In this document: one piece after another, positions 22,879 to 35,992 of the stretch
Layout of the letters: the number at the start of each line of letters is the position of its first letter
Position numbering within the stretch: position 1 is the stretch's first letter
Source of the DNA: Zygnema circumcarinatum SAG 698-1b
Taxonomy: Eukaryota > Plantae > Zygnematophyceae
NCBI GenBank assembly: GCA_037447605.1
Contig: CM074804.1
Location: 1,178,001 to 1,242,000, forward strand
DNA: 64,000 nucleotides
Direction: 5' to 3'
The notes under the pieces: model-generated
Seen by the model: the letters and a program-made list of their open reading frames with translations, nothing else
What the model was told of the DNA's origin: nothing
Databases searched by the model: none
Position numbers and translations under genes: made by a program

Positions 22879-24439
22879 TGGTAGATGGGTTTTTTGTCTG
22901 GAGATGCCGAGAGACACTCTTCGTGTCTAAGTGTACCGGCGCGGTTTTGGATGTATATAGAAAGTGTATATATATGTGTGTACAGCATGCGTAGAGTGTG
23001 CAGGTTCTGGGATCTATTTTTGAAAGGGGGGAGGGATTTGGTGTGGCAAGAGAAAAGGCTGCTCTGACAGGGAACCTGCAGGAGCTGAGTGATTGATACG
23101 TTGAATAAAAAGTGAGGTGCGCGCTGCAGAGTGAGATAGGAGAAGACGCAGAGGTGCAGACAGCGGAGAGATGCAGATGTGCGGATAGGTTGAATGCATG
23201 TATGTGACCGAGCACACGATGAATGGGAACTGAGCTGGTTCTTGACTTTCCTTTAATTCCAGATTTTGCCAAGTAATGTGTTCTTATTTCATATGCATGA
23301 TGTGCATGTCTGGGCCCTTGGTGTTTTTATGTGAAGAGATGGCATGGCATGGTGTATATGAAGCCGGCAAATAGTTTGAAGTGCTCATGGAATCAAAGGG
23401 ACATGTCCGTAAAACATGTTTGCAGCAGGAGAAACTGGAGAGGAGCCACTGAAGCGGAACGAAGTAAAGTATTGATTTGTAAGGTTGAAGGAGAGAGCAG
23501 GCAGCACCTCATGTGCAGGGGATGAGTGCTTGCATGCATGCATGTTGGGGGTGCATTGACAGCATTGTGCACATGACCCGTTTCTATGTAATCCTCGGAA
23601 ACGTCCAGTTCCCCCTCCCGCAATCCGCATGCATCTGCCACCTCCGCCATGTTCCATCGCCAATTACATAATTCCAGTTCTTGTACCGCACAGGCGAAAC
23701 ACAGAACATGCAAATATTTCCTGGAAAAGAATCACAACCCAACGGCTCGCCCGTGGAAGAATCCATCCCGGCGCTCCCTCCCTGCCGGCAGCACCCACCC
23801 ACCCATGCATGCATCCATCATCCCTTCCATGTATCCAGCCGTGCATGCACCTTCTCATCCCATCCATGCATATCCATGCATCCTTGCGCCCTGGGATGCC
23901 GTGAAACCGAACGTTTGAGAACAAAAGAATTTAAATATTTTTCCGCTCTTATCTTCTTTCTATTGTGCTTAGGTCCTTTGCGACCAGTCCCTCGTGGTTC
24001 CACATCCTGCTTTTGTCCATGTACATTTGATGGCCTCGCCATCATAAGTTCAATGAAATTTTCTCCTTCTCTCTTAGTTAAATATTTTGGCTTCTCCAAA
24101 AAGAACTTTCAAAACCAGTTTCTGAAGAAAAAACATTCTATTTGTGAACACGATTCATTTAAAAAAATGAGAAATGAATTTATAATTTTTTTCTCAACAC
24201 AATTTTTACTAAAATTGCACGGAACCAAAGTGGAGAAATCGGAATCCACAAGTACGGCCGAACGTGCTGTCTTTGAACTTTTTCCTGAAACCTTTTCGCT
24301 TTCTTAAATCGAAAAAATTTGGACCTCGCGTGTTCATAGTTCAACCCCACTCAACAAGATTGAGAATGAGAAATTCAGTAAACTCGTTTTCTCATTTTCT
24401 CAACCACTTCGGTTTCACGATACGCCTCCCCGCCGACGC

Positions 24440-24850
24440 CGCCGCCCCGTCGCGTACGGAGACGGTACGGTACGGCCGAGGGAAAACAGGGACGATGATG
24501 TACGGCACCGGATTTTTAGTTTTCAGTACGGACGGATATTCCAGCGCGGGGGGGCGACAGGCACTGTACGGCACGCCGCCAGGTCGTTTGGCGGCTATCG
24601 GGGGAGGCGAATCCAAGTGCACCGACATGCAGGGGTCGTACGGCAGACTTTCTGCGAAACGAGTACGGAGCCGCAGATACTTTTTTCAGGGGAAACGTTT
24701 TAGGTGGACCGTACGGTACGGGCAGTCCCTTGACCACGTGTCAGGGTACTTTGGAAGGAGTCAAACTTGACAAGGAGACCGCCAACGAAAAGCCGCCACG
24801 TGTCAAGATATTGGCAAACATCAATCACAGTGGTCTGGCCGTACTGTGGG
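24440..24850. promoter_or_regulatory. Second dense GTAC(GG) array, upstream of ABCG paralog 1
   Basis: At least 11 GTAC cores, e.g. cgtacggagacggtacggtacgg and ccgtacggtacgg. Confidence 0.45.
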
Positions 24851-25975
24851 CCTCACGTGGGACGGGCTGGAGACAGGTTGTCGTTTGCGGCCTGCATTAG
24901 AATATCGTCATATCGACTGCATATCGGTGACGGCCGGCGAAGTTCCCGCCCCTCAGAGCTGCTCCGCGGGGGAGACGCCTCCTTTCGGAGTCACGTTTCG
25001 CCGATCGTGACCGATACGGGTGCGATATGGCGATTTGACACTTTTAAAACTCACAAACGACAAGGAATCGTTCCTGCTGGTCGCATTTTTTTGGACATGC
25101 ACACGTGGCGCCGTACGATTGGTCAAATGTCTTAAACCATTATGAGTGGCCGTACACTGTTCCTCTCTTTTTTTTGATTTTTAAATAAAAAAATATTTTT
25201 ACAATCGATGTCAGCAGGAAACAAACCGCATGCTTGTGACGTCCATAAGTTCATGAATGACGTCATTCTCTACGCCTTCCGGGCCCCTTCCCGGAGCCTG
25301 CGCGCCTCCTTCGCAAAATTTGCACAGGACGGGCACGTGGCATCCTCCGATAGGATACATCACCTGTTGACGTGAACAATACGTCATCCACGGCGGCAGG
25401 GTCCCGCGAAGCCGGTGGCGGACCTTCACAGAAATTCCAATCCTGCGGCGAAATTTTAGGACGAATTCGGGCAGATGAAAAACGTTCGTCCGCTGCCCTC
25501 CAGCCACAAATTGCCGTCCTTTCGGGCAGATTTGAAAGTTTCGTCTCGGGGAAAGGGTAAAACGGCTGCCCAAAAACTTCCGCCTTGCACGGCGCCCTCT
25601 GCGCGCGCTCCGCCACGTGGCGGCGGCAGCGCCGAGGCTCACGACGGAAATGCTCCGTACAGGGGATCCGCCACCGCTTCGTGACGTGACGTGACATCAC
25701 AATGTCGGTGGCTCGCTGGCAGGCGGCGCCTAATGAGACCTGACAGGCGCCGCTTTATAGCGAAACCGGAGGTAGGGTTGGGGAGAGAGTGAGAGAGAGG
25801 GAGAGACCGAGAGGGAGACTGAGAAGGAGAGGGAGGGAGCGAAAGAGAGAGAGGAGAGGGAGAGAGGAGGCAAGTGAGGCGAAGGGAGAGAGGAGGCAAG
25901 AGGGGCGAAGGGAGAGAGGAGGCAAGAGGGGCGAAGGGTGAGAGGAAGTGAGAGTGGAAGAGGAAGTTTCCGGCC

Positions 25976-28900
25976 ATGGCGGGCGAGTTGCCTGTGACGG
26001 ACGTGGAGGGCGGGCACGAGCAGGACCACGCTCTGCCCAAGAAGACCTCCTTCGTGGACGGCGCCACGTACACCCTCTCCGTACACGGCCTCACCTACAA
26101 GGTGCGCTCGTCGCTGGGGGCTTTTGTCCTGTCTGCACGCCCTCTCCAAAGAGACCGTCACCCAACGTCTATGCTTTCCGTGTTCTATTTTCGGACCAAT
26201 GCGGCGACCAGCCTTGAGTCTCCCCCCCGTAATCCTCTGCTCTAATGACGGGCAGTCTCCCTTTTCCCCTTTTTTTTTTTTTTTTTCAACTTGGGCGCGT
26301 TCAGGTGGTGACGAAGACAAAGAGTGGTACGGAGGACAAGGTGCTGCTGAACAACATCACGGTGAAGGCCAAGTTCGGAGAGATCTTGGCCGTGGTGGGC
26401 CCCTCGGGGGCGGGGAAGTCCACCTTCCTGGACGCTGTGGCGGGGAGGATCGACTCCAAAAGTCTGCAGGTGCAGAGAATGCACAGTGGAACGCCTCCTC
26501 AGGGGGGAGAGAGAGAGAGAGAGAGGGAGGGGGGAGGGGGGAGGGGGGAGGGGGGAAGGTGGGGGGGAGGGCGTGAGAGGGGGGAGAGGAGAGAGAAGGG
26601 GTGGCGAGAGTTAGGGCCAGGGGAACAGAGAAAGGGCATAGATGAACGGGGGAAAAGTGTGGTGAAGAGGGAAGGTGAAGAGGAATGGGTGTATGAGAGA
26701 GCGAGGTGGGGAGGGTGAGAGGAGGGAAGGAGAAACTAGGTAAACGGGAGAGTAGACACAGGGAGGAGGGAGGAGGGAGGGGGGAAGTGGGTGAGAAGGG
26801 AGTGAGGATGGAGCAGAGAAAGAGATAGGCTTTCAGGGAGAAAGGAAGGAGGTAGAGAGACTAGGAAGGAGCGAGGGAGACAGAATAGAAAGTGAAGATG
26901 CGGATTAATGCGCTGCACCAGGGAAGCCCCTGCTCATCACTGGCTGCTCCGCACATGCCCTTAAAAGGAACTCTGAAACCCTTAAACCTATACATCAACG
27001 TGCCACCAAACTGACCAAAACTCTCTCAAACCAACGCCTTCAAAACCCCTTAGCCCACCCGCAACCAAACACTCCACAACCTCACTGTCCCACCCCAATG
27101 CAGCCCCTCCTCCTCCATTTCACTCTCCTAATCGATCGCGGTGATGTTGTTGTTTGTGCCTTCGCGGGGCGGGGCAGGGGTCCATTCTGGTGAACGGCAA
27201 GCCGATCGAGTCCTCGTTCAAGCGGCTGAGCGGGTACGTGATGCAGGACGACCAGCTCTTCCCGATGCTCACGGTGCGCGAGACGCTCATGTTCAGCGCG
27301 CGGCTGCGCCTCCCCGAGGCCATGGACCGCAAGGCCAAGCTCGAACGCGTGGCCATGCTCATAGAGGAGCTCGGCCTGCAGTCATGCGCCGAGACCAAGA
27401 TCGGGAACGCCGAGGTCTCTCTCTCTCTCGCTCTCTCTCTCTTTTTTATCTATCTTTTTCTCTCTCATACACACAAACACACACGGCTGTTGCTTATCTT
27501 GGAAAGTTTTCGTTTGTTGTTTTTCTTTTCAGCGATTGTAAGAGTTCAAAATTTCCAAAGTCTTGAACTGTGGATCACTAACCCTTCGACTCTGATAAAA
27601 AAAAGTTGATGTTGTCCCTCCGTTTGAAAAGAAACTAATGGAGAGCAACTAGGAAAGCGCAACGAGGAAATACTGAAGTTGTCCTCTTGCTCTCTCTCTC
27701 TTCCCTCAATCTCTCCCTTCCCTCTCTACCTCCCTCCCTCCCTCCCTCCTTCCCTCCTCGCCTCCCCATTCAGGTCCGCGGAGTTTCCGGAGGAGAGCGG
27801 CGCCGCGTCTCTATCGGAGTCGATCTCATCCACGACCCTCCCGTGCTGTTCTTGGACGAGCCCACCTCAGGCCTGGACTCCACGTCAGCCCTAAACGTGG
27901 TGCAAAATCTGCACGACATTGCGGAGCAGCGCAAGCGCACCATTGTTCTCACTATTCATCAGCCCTCGTTCCGCATTCTCGAACTCATTCACAACTTCAT
28001 TATTCTTGCAAGGGGAAACACCATATACCAAGGCCCATACAACGGTCTGATCGACTACTTCAGAGAGTTCGGAAAGGATGTTCCGGAGCATGTGAGAACC
28101 TTAAAACTGTGGAATTGGTTCAAGCTGAGAAATCTTGAATAAATCTAGGAAGATTAGAAGGGTTTTATAAGCCTTAGGATGTCAGTACAATTTTTAAACT
28201 GCGTTGCATACCTGTAAATATAGGTTGCTTGCGATTTACAAGTGTCAGGAACCCTCTAACAGTCTTGGTTATGATTGTGGCCAACGCGCAGGTGAATGTC
28301 CTTGAGTACGCACTTGACACTATTGAAGAGCAGGAGAAGAGTGACGAGGGCTTGGGGCCCCTAATCAAGTTTCAGGTATGTTCTCCCACTTCCCTTCCGT
28401 TCTCCTACTCCTTCTCCCCTTTAGTCACTCCTCCCCGCCTGCAGCTTTCTCCCTCATCGTCTCAGCCACTCTCTCTTTCGTTTTGCACTCCCAAGTCTCC
28501 CTCCCCAAACCTCCCTCTGCCGGCCTTCCCCCTCCCCTGCTCCCACTACCTCCCCACAGTCAAACCAAAAGCCACGTCTCATGGTCTCCGAGTCAATGGG
28601 TCATGTCATGAACAACTGAAATGAGATTTTCTTGGGAAACTTTACTCCTTTAGGGCTCGAGAGTGCCTGGAATTGTGACAAATTTGGTTTTCGCAATCAC
28701 ACACTAACTTTGTTCTCCTCCCCTCCTCCTCCCTCCCTCCCTCTCTGCTGTGCTGCTGCAGGAATCAAAGGCCCATTTGGCGCAGGGGCTGAGCATGCAG
28801 AGCAGCATGGGGGCCCTCCCGGCGGCGGACTTTGCCACCGGCTTCATCTCGGAATGCGTTGTGCTCGCAGATCGCAATGTCAAGAATATCTTCCGCACAC

Positions 28901-30151
28901 CGGAGCTCTTCTTTGGGCGGTTGGGACTCATGGTGAGAGGGAGAGGGTGAGAGGGAGAGGGAGAGAGAGCGAGGGAGAGGGAGAGGGAGAGGGACAGAAA
29001 GATGGAGAGGGAGAGAGAGAGGGAGGTGGAGGGGGAGGGTGAGGGGGTGAACCTACTGGATAGATGGAGAGAGGAAAGAGTGGAAAAGGAGATGGGAGAA
29101 GAGAGGTTAGTGATAGAGGTAATGTCACAGAAGGGAGTAGTGCCGGTGGAAGAGAGAGAGCATACTGCAGGCCTTTTGAGTGTTTTTTCGGGTTTTTTTT
29201 TTACTGGTTCACTTTGTGCTGTAGGGCCTATTCTAATTTCGTCTTTTCAACCTGCAGTGTATGACCGGCTTGATTCTCGGCTCCCTTTTCTTCAATGTCA
29301 ACCTTAAAGGAGACGGAATTAGTCAACGCAATTCATTTTTCGCTTTCGCCCTCGCCCTCCTCCTCTTCACTTCCACAGAAGCCCTCCCCATCTTCCTCGA
29401 TGAGAGGCAAATTTACATTCGAGAAACCTCTCGGGGCGCCTACCGCACCTCGGCCTATGTGATCGCGAATGCTGTCGTCTTTCTTCCGTTCCTCTTCATT
29501 CTCGCTTTGGTGTTCTCGAGCATTTCATACTTCATGGTGGGGCTCTATGGCAGCGCGGAAGCCTTCTTCCTTTTCGTCTGCACCATGTTTCTCACACTCG
29601 CTGTGGCAAATTCCTACGTCATATTTTGGGGCGCATTTGTGCCGAACTTCATCACGGGGAACACGATCGTCACAGCGACCACGGCGTTCTTCTTCCTCTT
29701 CTCTGGGTTCTTCATTCCAAGGTGAACCCTTCTCACGATATGCCCCTTCCTCCTCCCTCTCTTCCTCGTCTCTCCCTCCCTCTCCCTCTCCCTCTCCCTC
29801 TCAGCCTTGTGTCTCCCCGTCTCTCCCTCCCTCCTCCCCGTGAAGCCTAATGGATTGTATTGAGGTGCTCCGCCTCGCAGAGCTCAAATCCCCAAGTACT
29901 GGATATGGCTGCACTACCTCTCCAACTTCAAGTACCCGATCGAGCTGCTCGAGCAGAACGAGTACGGGCGGATCGACGCGTCCTGGAACGACAACGGAGT
30001 GATCAAGAGCTCGGACGACCTCCTCAGAAGCTTCTCGGCGGGGAAAGTGCACGTGTGGGCGAACTGCTGCATCATGGCGCTCTTCTTCGTGGGCTACCGC
30101 GTCCTCTTCTACATCGCCCTCCGCTTCCAAACGAGGGCCGTACGGAAGTAG
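25976..30151 (+). CDS. ABCG: ABC transporter G family half-transporter (WBC type), paralog 1; 8 exons
   Basis: Exons 25976-26101, 26305-26469, 27178-27414, 27774-28091, 28292-28375, 28762-28932, 29258-29721, 29881-30151. Walker [10 protein letters not shown], signature [12 protein letters not shown], Walker [12 protein letters not shown]-loop TIHQP, ABC2 TMD with [14 protein letters not shown]. Confidence 0.96.
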
Positions 30152-30847
30152 AGCCTTGTTAGAGGGCCTTGCTTCGTTTTATAGATGGGGGATGGTGCTG
30201 CTTTAGCGGTAGTTATGGGGTTGTTGCACGAGCACATGATGGTGCATGCACGAGAGCATGTGGGACTTGGGGGGGTAAGGCTAGGGGCGGGTAGTGGGTC
30301 TAGGGCATGAAGTGGTCATATGGGTCACATGTTTATTGTTTAGTCAGGTACGACTCGCTGTGATGGAAGAAAAGTGTTATGGTCCCGCTTAAAGGGACGA
30401 ACAAGAAGTAACGATGTATGATTCTATTCCAATTGTGGTCTGGTTCAGTGTGAATACTCATGTTGCTCATGAACAATGATGCGATGTAAGGCTTGGGAGA
30501 GAGCCATGACTACAACATTTCCAACCATTCCGTGTTCGCGCGTGTCCAATCAAAATGTGAGCACATAAAATTGGAAAATCTCGGAGGGCCAATTTTAAAA
30601 AGGCTCGGTGTGCACGGGGTAGGGCAGTCGCAGGCCGTTCGTATAAACTGCCTGTCCAAGTTTTTGACGAAAAACTGTTCGTTCAGTGCAGTACGGTCGA
30701 CTGTAATGTACGGACTTCCCTCCAAGCCCTAATTAAGCATACCCCCTCCCGCTCGCTCTCCTCGCTCCCTCTCTCCCTCTCTCGCTCTCTCCCTCGTCTC
30801 TCTCTTCCCGCACTTGTAGGGTTTTCTGCTGCTGGGAAAGCGTCGCC

Positions 30848-32708
30848 ATGGAGATGCCGCGTGAAGAAATGGAGCGGCTCATTTTCTTTGAGCAGACGCG
30901 CGAGCAGGCGCAGGCGGAGTACCGCAAAAACCCGCACGATCCCGAGGTGCTGCTGCGCCAGCCATGGATGCTGATCTCTGCTTTCTATTTTGTATCATGT
31001 TCCTTTGTTTTGGTTTTTGTGCTCTCTCGGTGTCTCTCCCTTCATTCTTGTCGAGGCTAAGGGAGCCCTTACCGAGGGCTCGTCAGGGGCTCTCGGGCAT
31101 GGGAGAGGGAGGGAGCGGTGGAAAAAGGGGGGTGGAGAGGATGGGAAGGAAGAAAGAGAAGCAGGAGAGTGGGAGGGAGAGAGAGAAGGGAAGCTGTTAT
31201 TAGGGTTCGGTAGGAGGCTGTTCCTGGAGTAGTGGGTAACAGGTTCTCCGGCTCCCTTCCTCCTATGTTTAATTTTAGAATCATCTGCTCACTCTCCCCA
31301 ATTTTCCCGTTCGGCCCTTCCTTCTCCTTTTTCTTTCGTTTTTCCCCTTTTTTATTTTTTCTCTTTGTGTGTTTTTTGCAGGCGCTAACGAAGCTCGGTA
31401 GGACGTTAATAGAGCTGGCGCAATTTTCTCAGGGCCAGGATTCTTTCGACCTTATCAACGGTGAGAGTAACTTTAGGGTTGGGCTGCAAATTCGTTACTA
31501 TTACTCAGAAACCAAATATCCTTCAGAGGCAGGCATACTCTCGCCTACACTTTTAGCGTCCTCCTGCCGACTTTTCTGCTTTCTTTTACCCTCCCTCTCC
31601 CTGCCTGCTCCCTCCCTGCCTGCATGCTGTTAAGCAAAGCCTCTTGTGTCCATTGTTTGTTTTCAATGCAGATGCAATTTCTAAGCTGGAGGAAGCAGTG
31701 AACATTGACCCAAAGAGAGACGAATCTTTCTGGTGGCTCGGGAACGCCCACACCACGCAGGGCTTTCAGACTCCCGACTCACTTCTTGCAAATGTGTGCT
31801 TCCAAAGGGCTGCCGGACGGTTTAGAGAAGCAATTGAACTGGTAAGTGATGATCCCCATTGTTATAGGTGTTTGAGGATGGTAGAGGAAGAGGGAAAGAA
31901 GGGGGTGCGGGAGGGAGTCGTAGGGGGGATTCAGGGGAGCAACTACGCCAACGCTGTGGAAGCTGTTTATAATATAATTCTTTAGGAAAACGGGGATAAT
32001 AACAAACCTTGTTGTGGTGTGAGATTATGTGAATATAAAGATTTTAAAAAAGCAATGTGTTTTTTCTGGTTTTTTGCACCAGGACCCGACCAATGATAGC
32101 TACAGGAAGTCTTTGGAGGTCTCCTTAAAGGTAAGGAACTTCTCCAACAAGCCTTGTACTCCACCATATGGGGTTTTGTGCACACATTTTCTATTTTTTC
32201 GGGTTTTTTTTTCGGTTGACCAATGCTACCATCACGTTTTCTTGCATCTTCAGGGCCCTGAACTCCACCAGGAGATTCAGAAGCAGCTTGTTATGCAGCA
32301 GCAGCTGTCAGCGGGCGTGCAGGCGGTGGGCAGCAGCGAGCCCAAGGTATTCCCGACATGCGTTTCCCTAATTGTGCATCCTTGTTCTCATTGTCACTTA
32401 GAATCGTAAGGTTTAATTTTAGGGTTTGTGGGGGGATGGAGAGGTGGAGAGTTGGGTAGTTGGGAGGAGGGGGAAGAGGAGGGAATCCAAAATAACGTCT
32501 TAAGCATCCCCTGAAGACCCTTGAAGTCCCTCTCGAAACCCTAAAATTGAAGCATTTTCATATGATGCATGTTTTTTGTCAGGCGGCGAAGAAGAAGAAG
32601 TCGAGCGACTTTGGGTATGATGTGGCGGGGTGGGTCATTCTTGCTGCGGGAGTGGCTGCATGGCTCGCAATCCTCAGCGTGAAGGCCGGCCCACCCCCCG
32701 GGAGGTGA
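30848..32708 (+). CDS. TOM20: Plant-type mitochondrial import receptor TOM20; 6 exons
   Basis: MEMPREEMERLIFFEQTRE..NPHDPE|ALTKLGRTLIELAQFSQG..|DAISKLEEAVNIDPKRDESFWWLGNAHT..|DPTNDSYRKSLE..|GPELHQEIQKQ..|KKKKSSDFGYDVAGWVILAAGVAAWL (C-terminal TM). Confidence 0.95.
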
Positions 32709-33245
32709 CCCGTTCTTCACTCAAGATAATAGAAAAAAGGGAACTCGGGAAACATTCGGAAGGAGTTGGAGAGTACGGAATGGAAATGAGAAGCGCATGT
32801 AATGAGAGAAAAAAGGAGATGGAGAAAATTGGAGGATTGTTTTGGGGAAGGCGGCAGAAGCGGGAGAAGCTTCCTGGAAACCGCCCCATGGCGGTCCGTG
32901 TAGATTGCCTCTTCTTGTAGGAATGAAATGTGGGGAGGTGCGAGTCTCTTTGTGTTCACGACATGTTTTTTTGTGTGCATAAGCACTTTCAGTCAAGGGT
33001 TAACCAAATGCCATTTTTTTTCATTCCGCCCTTGTCTGTTTTGTTCAAGCGAGGTACCTTTCATGAAGTGGGGTTTCGCCGTTACATGTTGATTGACAGA
33101 GTTCATAAAAAAATCGCTCATTTATACATGGCCGTGCTGCGGCACGCAATCCTATCCAAGGTTTGAGAAAACAAACCGAATTCCTTTGCCCAAATTTCTA
33201 GGAAAAAACGGTTTATATTTACATGCATGAGCCGCATACAGACTG

Positions 33246-34839
33246 TCACGGGGGCTCGGTCGCCATAGCCTCCCCCCTGCCTCCCTCCAAGAGGGCTCGA
33301 AACTCCTTGTTGGGCGCAAGAGAGAGGGCGGACTGCCCCTCCCTGTCCGTACATGTCACATCAGCGCCGCTCTGCATAAGCAGCCGCACCTCCTGCAGGC
33401 CCTTCCCATCGCTCTCGTCACAACATGGACCATGCAATAAATCCCAAGAAGAGGCAAACTTGAAACCACAAATGTGGGAACTGCAAAACGTGAACTTTTG
33501 CATCTCTATAGATGTATGCATGCATGTATGCTTCCATGGCATGGCAGGGATGACATGCGCTCGCCTCTTCATGTGCGCATGTGACAGCCATCATGAGGGG
33601 GGTTTGGCCCTCTTTGTCCGTGGCGTCCACTTTTGCGCCTGCGGAAAGGAGAAGCGCGCACAGGGCCGCCTTCCCAGCGCTCGCTGCTCGGTGCAGGGCA
33701 GTGCACCCGAGCTGTGGAGAACAATAAAATACCGTCAGAGAGAAAGTGAGGAGAGAAAGAGAGGGGGAGAGGGAGGAGGGAGAGAGAGAGAGTGGGGAAA
33801 GAGAGTGGGGAGAGAGAGAGGAGGGGGGCGAAGGGGGGAGAGAGAGAGAGAGTGAGGAGAGAAAGAGAGGGGGAGAGGAAGGAGGGAGAGAGAGAGAGTG
33901 GGGAAAGAGAGTGGGGAGAGAGAGAGGAGGGGGGGGAAGGGGGGGAGAGAGAGAGAAAGAGAGAAAGAGGGGAAAGGAATGGGGAAGGGGGAATGGAACA
34001 GCTCTGCCGAGTAGCGATTGATCCATACGCCACCAGACTAAACACAACACACGGTGAGGAAACGACAAATGAAAAGAGAATCACTCCCTCACCAAAATGC
34101 CCAAACAATAACCCAAAGTGATCGAGAAGAAAACAAACCAAAAAAAAATTGAATCATTGATCAAATATGCCACTTTACCTGATCCTTCAAGTTTGGCTTC
34201 GCTCCATGAGCCAACAGAACCCGCGCAACATCTATCCGACCTTTACTCGCTGCGTAATGAAGCGCCGTTCTCCCCCCCTTGTTCGCCAAATTAGGGTTCA
34301 CGCCACCCTCCAAGAGGGCCTCCACAACCTCCTCGTGTCCACAGCTTGCCGCTGACTGTCCCCACCAACCCCACCTTCAAGAACTTCAATCCAAAAAATC
34401 CCAAATTCTTATTCTTATTCTTGTTCTTCAAATTCTTTCTGAAATTTAAACCCAAACCCTTATGTGAGGTTCAGAGCAGAGACCCACCAGCAGCGGAGTC
34501 CACCCCTCGTCATCGCAGCCGTCCCCGTCTGCCCCCACTCCCCCTCGCAGGAGGCCCCTCACCACCTGTCCTTCCCTCCGGCCACGTGTCCTCCCTTCAG
34601 CTTCCCTGAACCCTTCCTCTCCCTGCCTCCATCCTACCCTAAAACCTCATCTCAGCCGTTCCCTGAACCCCCGCGTACCACCTCACCGCAGCATGGCCTC
34701 TCGCTGCTGCCACGTGGAGGATGCTCCGTTGATCCTCGTTCCGCCGCTTGCGCAATTCCGCCACGTCAGCATTTGAGAGCGCTTCAAAGAACGCCACGTG
34801 GCCCGCCTCGGCCGCTTTGAAGGCGATCTCCTCCGCCAT
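33246..34839 (-). CDS. PSMD10: Ankyrin-repeat protein, gankyrin/26S proteasome non-ATPase subunit 10-like; 5 exons
   Basis: NEDQRSILHVAAARGH|..DDEGWTPLL|SAASCGHEEVV..NKGGRTALHYAASKGR..KDQ|LGCTALHRAASAGK..DKEGQTPLMMAVTCAHEE|EVRLLMQSGADV..DREGQSAL. The last intron appears to be GC-AG. Confidence 0.85.
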
Positions 34840-34879
34840 GGCGCGCTCCCTCCCTGTCTCTCCCTCTCCTCCCTCTCCC

Positions 34880-34923
34880 AGTGCTAGCTGAGTGCTAGCT
34901 GAGTGCTAGCTGAGTGCTAGCTG
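34880..34923 (+). repeat. Perfect tandem repeat (AGTGCTAGCTG)x4 just upstream of the PSMD10 ATG
   Basis: Four exact 11-mer copies. Confidence 0.9.
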
Positions 34924-35992
34924 CTGGGTGTGTTCACTGTCACCGTTCAGTAAGAGTTGCAATAACGGCCGTTCTACTGTACTGATCTGTACTGGAACGG
35001 CGGTCTCGTCACGTGGGCCTGATTTTCATCGTGGTTTGTTCTCGACATTTCCTTCGGGGGAGGACGACATTCACAACTTCACTTGACTACCATTGTATTG
35101 CGACTGCCCTTGACTTCATAACTTCACTGCTTTTTTCGACTTTTAATAACAAAAAATCGTTGCATGTCATCAGCATGTTCGCCGTCAAGGCACCAACAAC
35201 ATCATCATGGACAACAACATGACATCATCACCCCTCCACCATGAACATAAGCCACAGTAACACAGAGAACAATGACCACGCTGTTAAGAAATCCACTGAA
35301 CGGACACAGCTCTCACACATGCGCTCATTCGTCTGCGATGTTTGAACTTTCCTTCGTGTTTATCCTTTCTAGAGGCCACACACTCAAGGCAAGTCCCTAC
35401 GCACGCCCCTCGGGACCTGCCAACATCGCTACTCTGTACATAAAGCCGAACGCTTATTTGCGCACGCTCTTTCTCACCCACACACCTCTTCTCTCTCTTA
35501 CTCTTTCTCTCTACCTCCTGCTGCACTGGAATCCCTTGAAGGCCCTCCAGAGCTACTCACACAGCACAGAAGCTCTGCATTCAGGAACAGTTGATTTCAC
35601 CATAGAATGGACTGATGCTTTACCATAGAGGGGTTGAGAGGTTCAGAGAGACGCCCCTTCTCGATAAACTCGCAGAGAGAGGGCTCAGCACTATTATGGA
35701 GGAAACAACGCGAGCATGGCATAGAAATATCTAAATGGTAGCCTATGGATTGTTATTACTCTTTATCATGTTTTCTGTCTCTCTCACTGTCCCACATTTA
35801 CGTTTCCGGCTATGAAGCGAAGAAAGGTTTCATACACTTTTGTTCATCCGCCGCTATGCCTTACCCTCCCCTCCTCTGAAGACAACGCGAAAATTCAGAG
35901 GAAGAAAGGAAAGAGAAAGAAAGTGCGTAAAGGGGAGTGTTTCAGGAGAGACAGGAGAGAATGGAGGCGAGGGAGGGAGAGTAGGAGAGAGG

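Noticed and set aside
35270-35640. Short ORFs between PSMD10 and the AP2 gene
   Set aside because: No motifs or coherent splice structure; probably UTR or intergenic.
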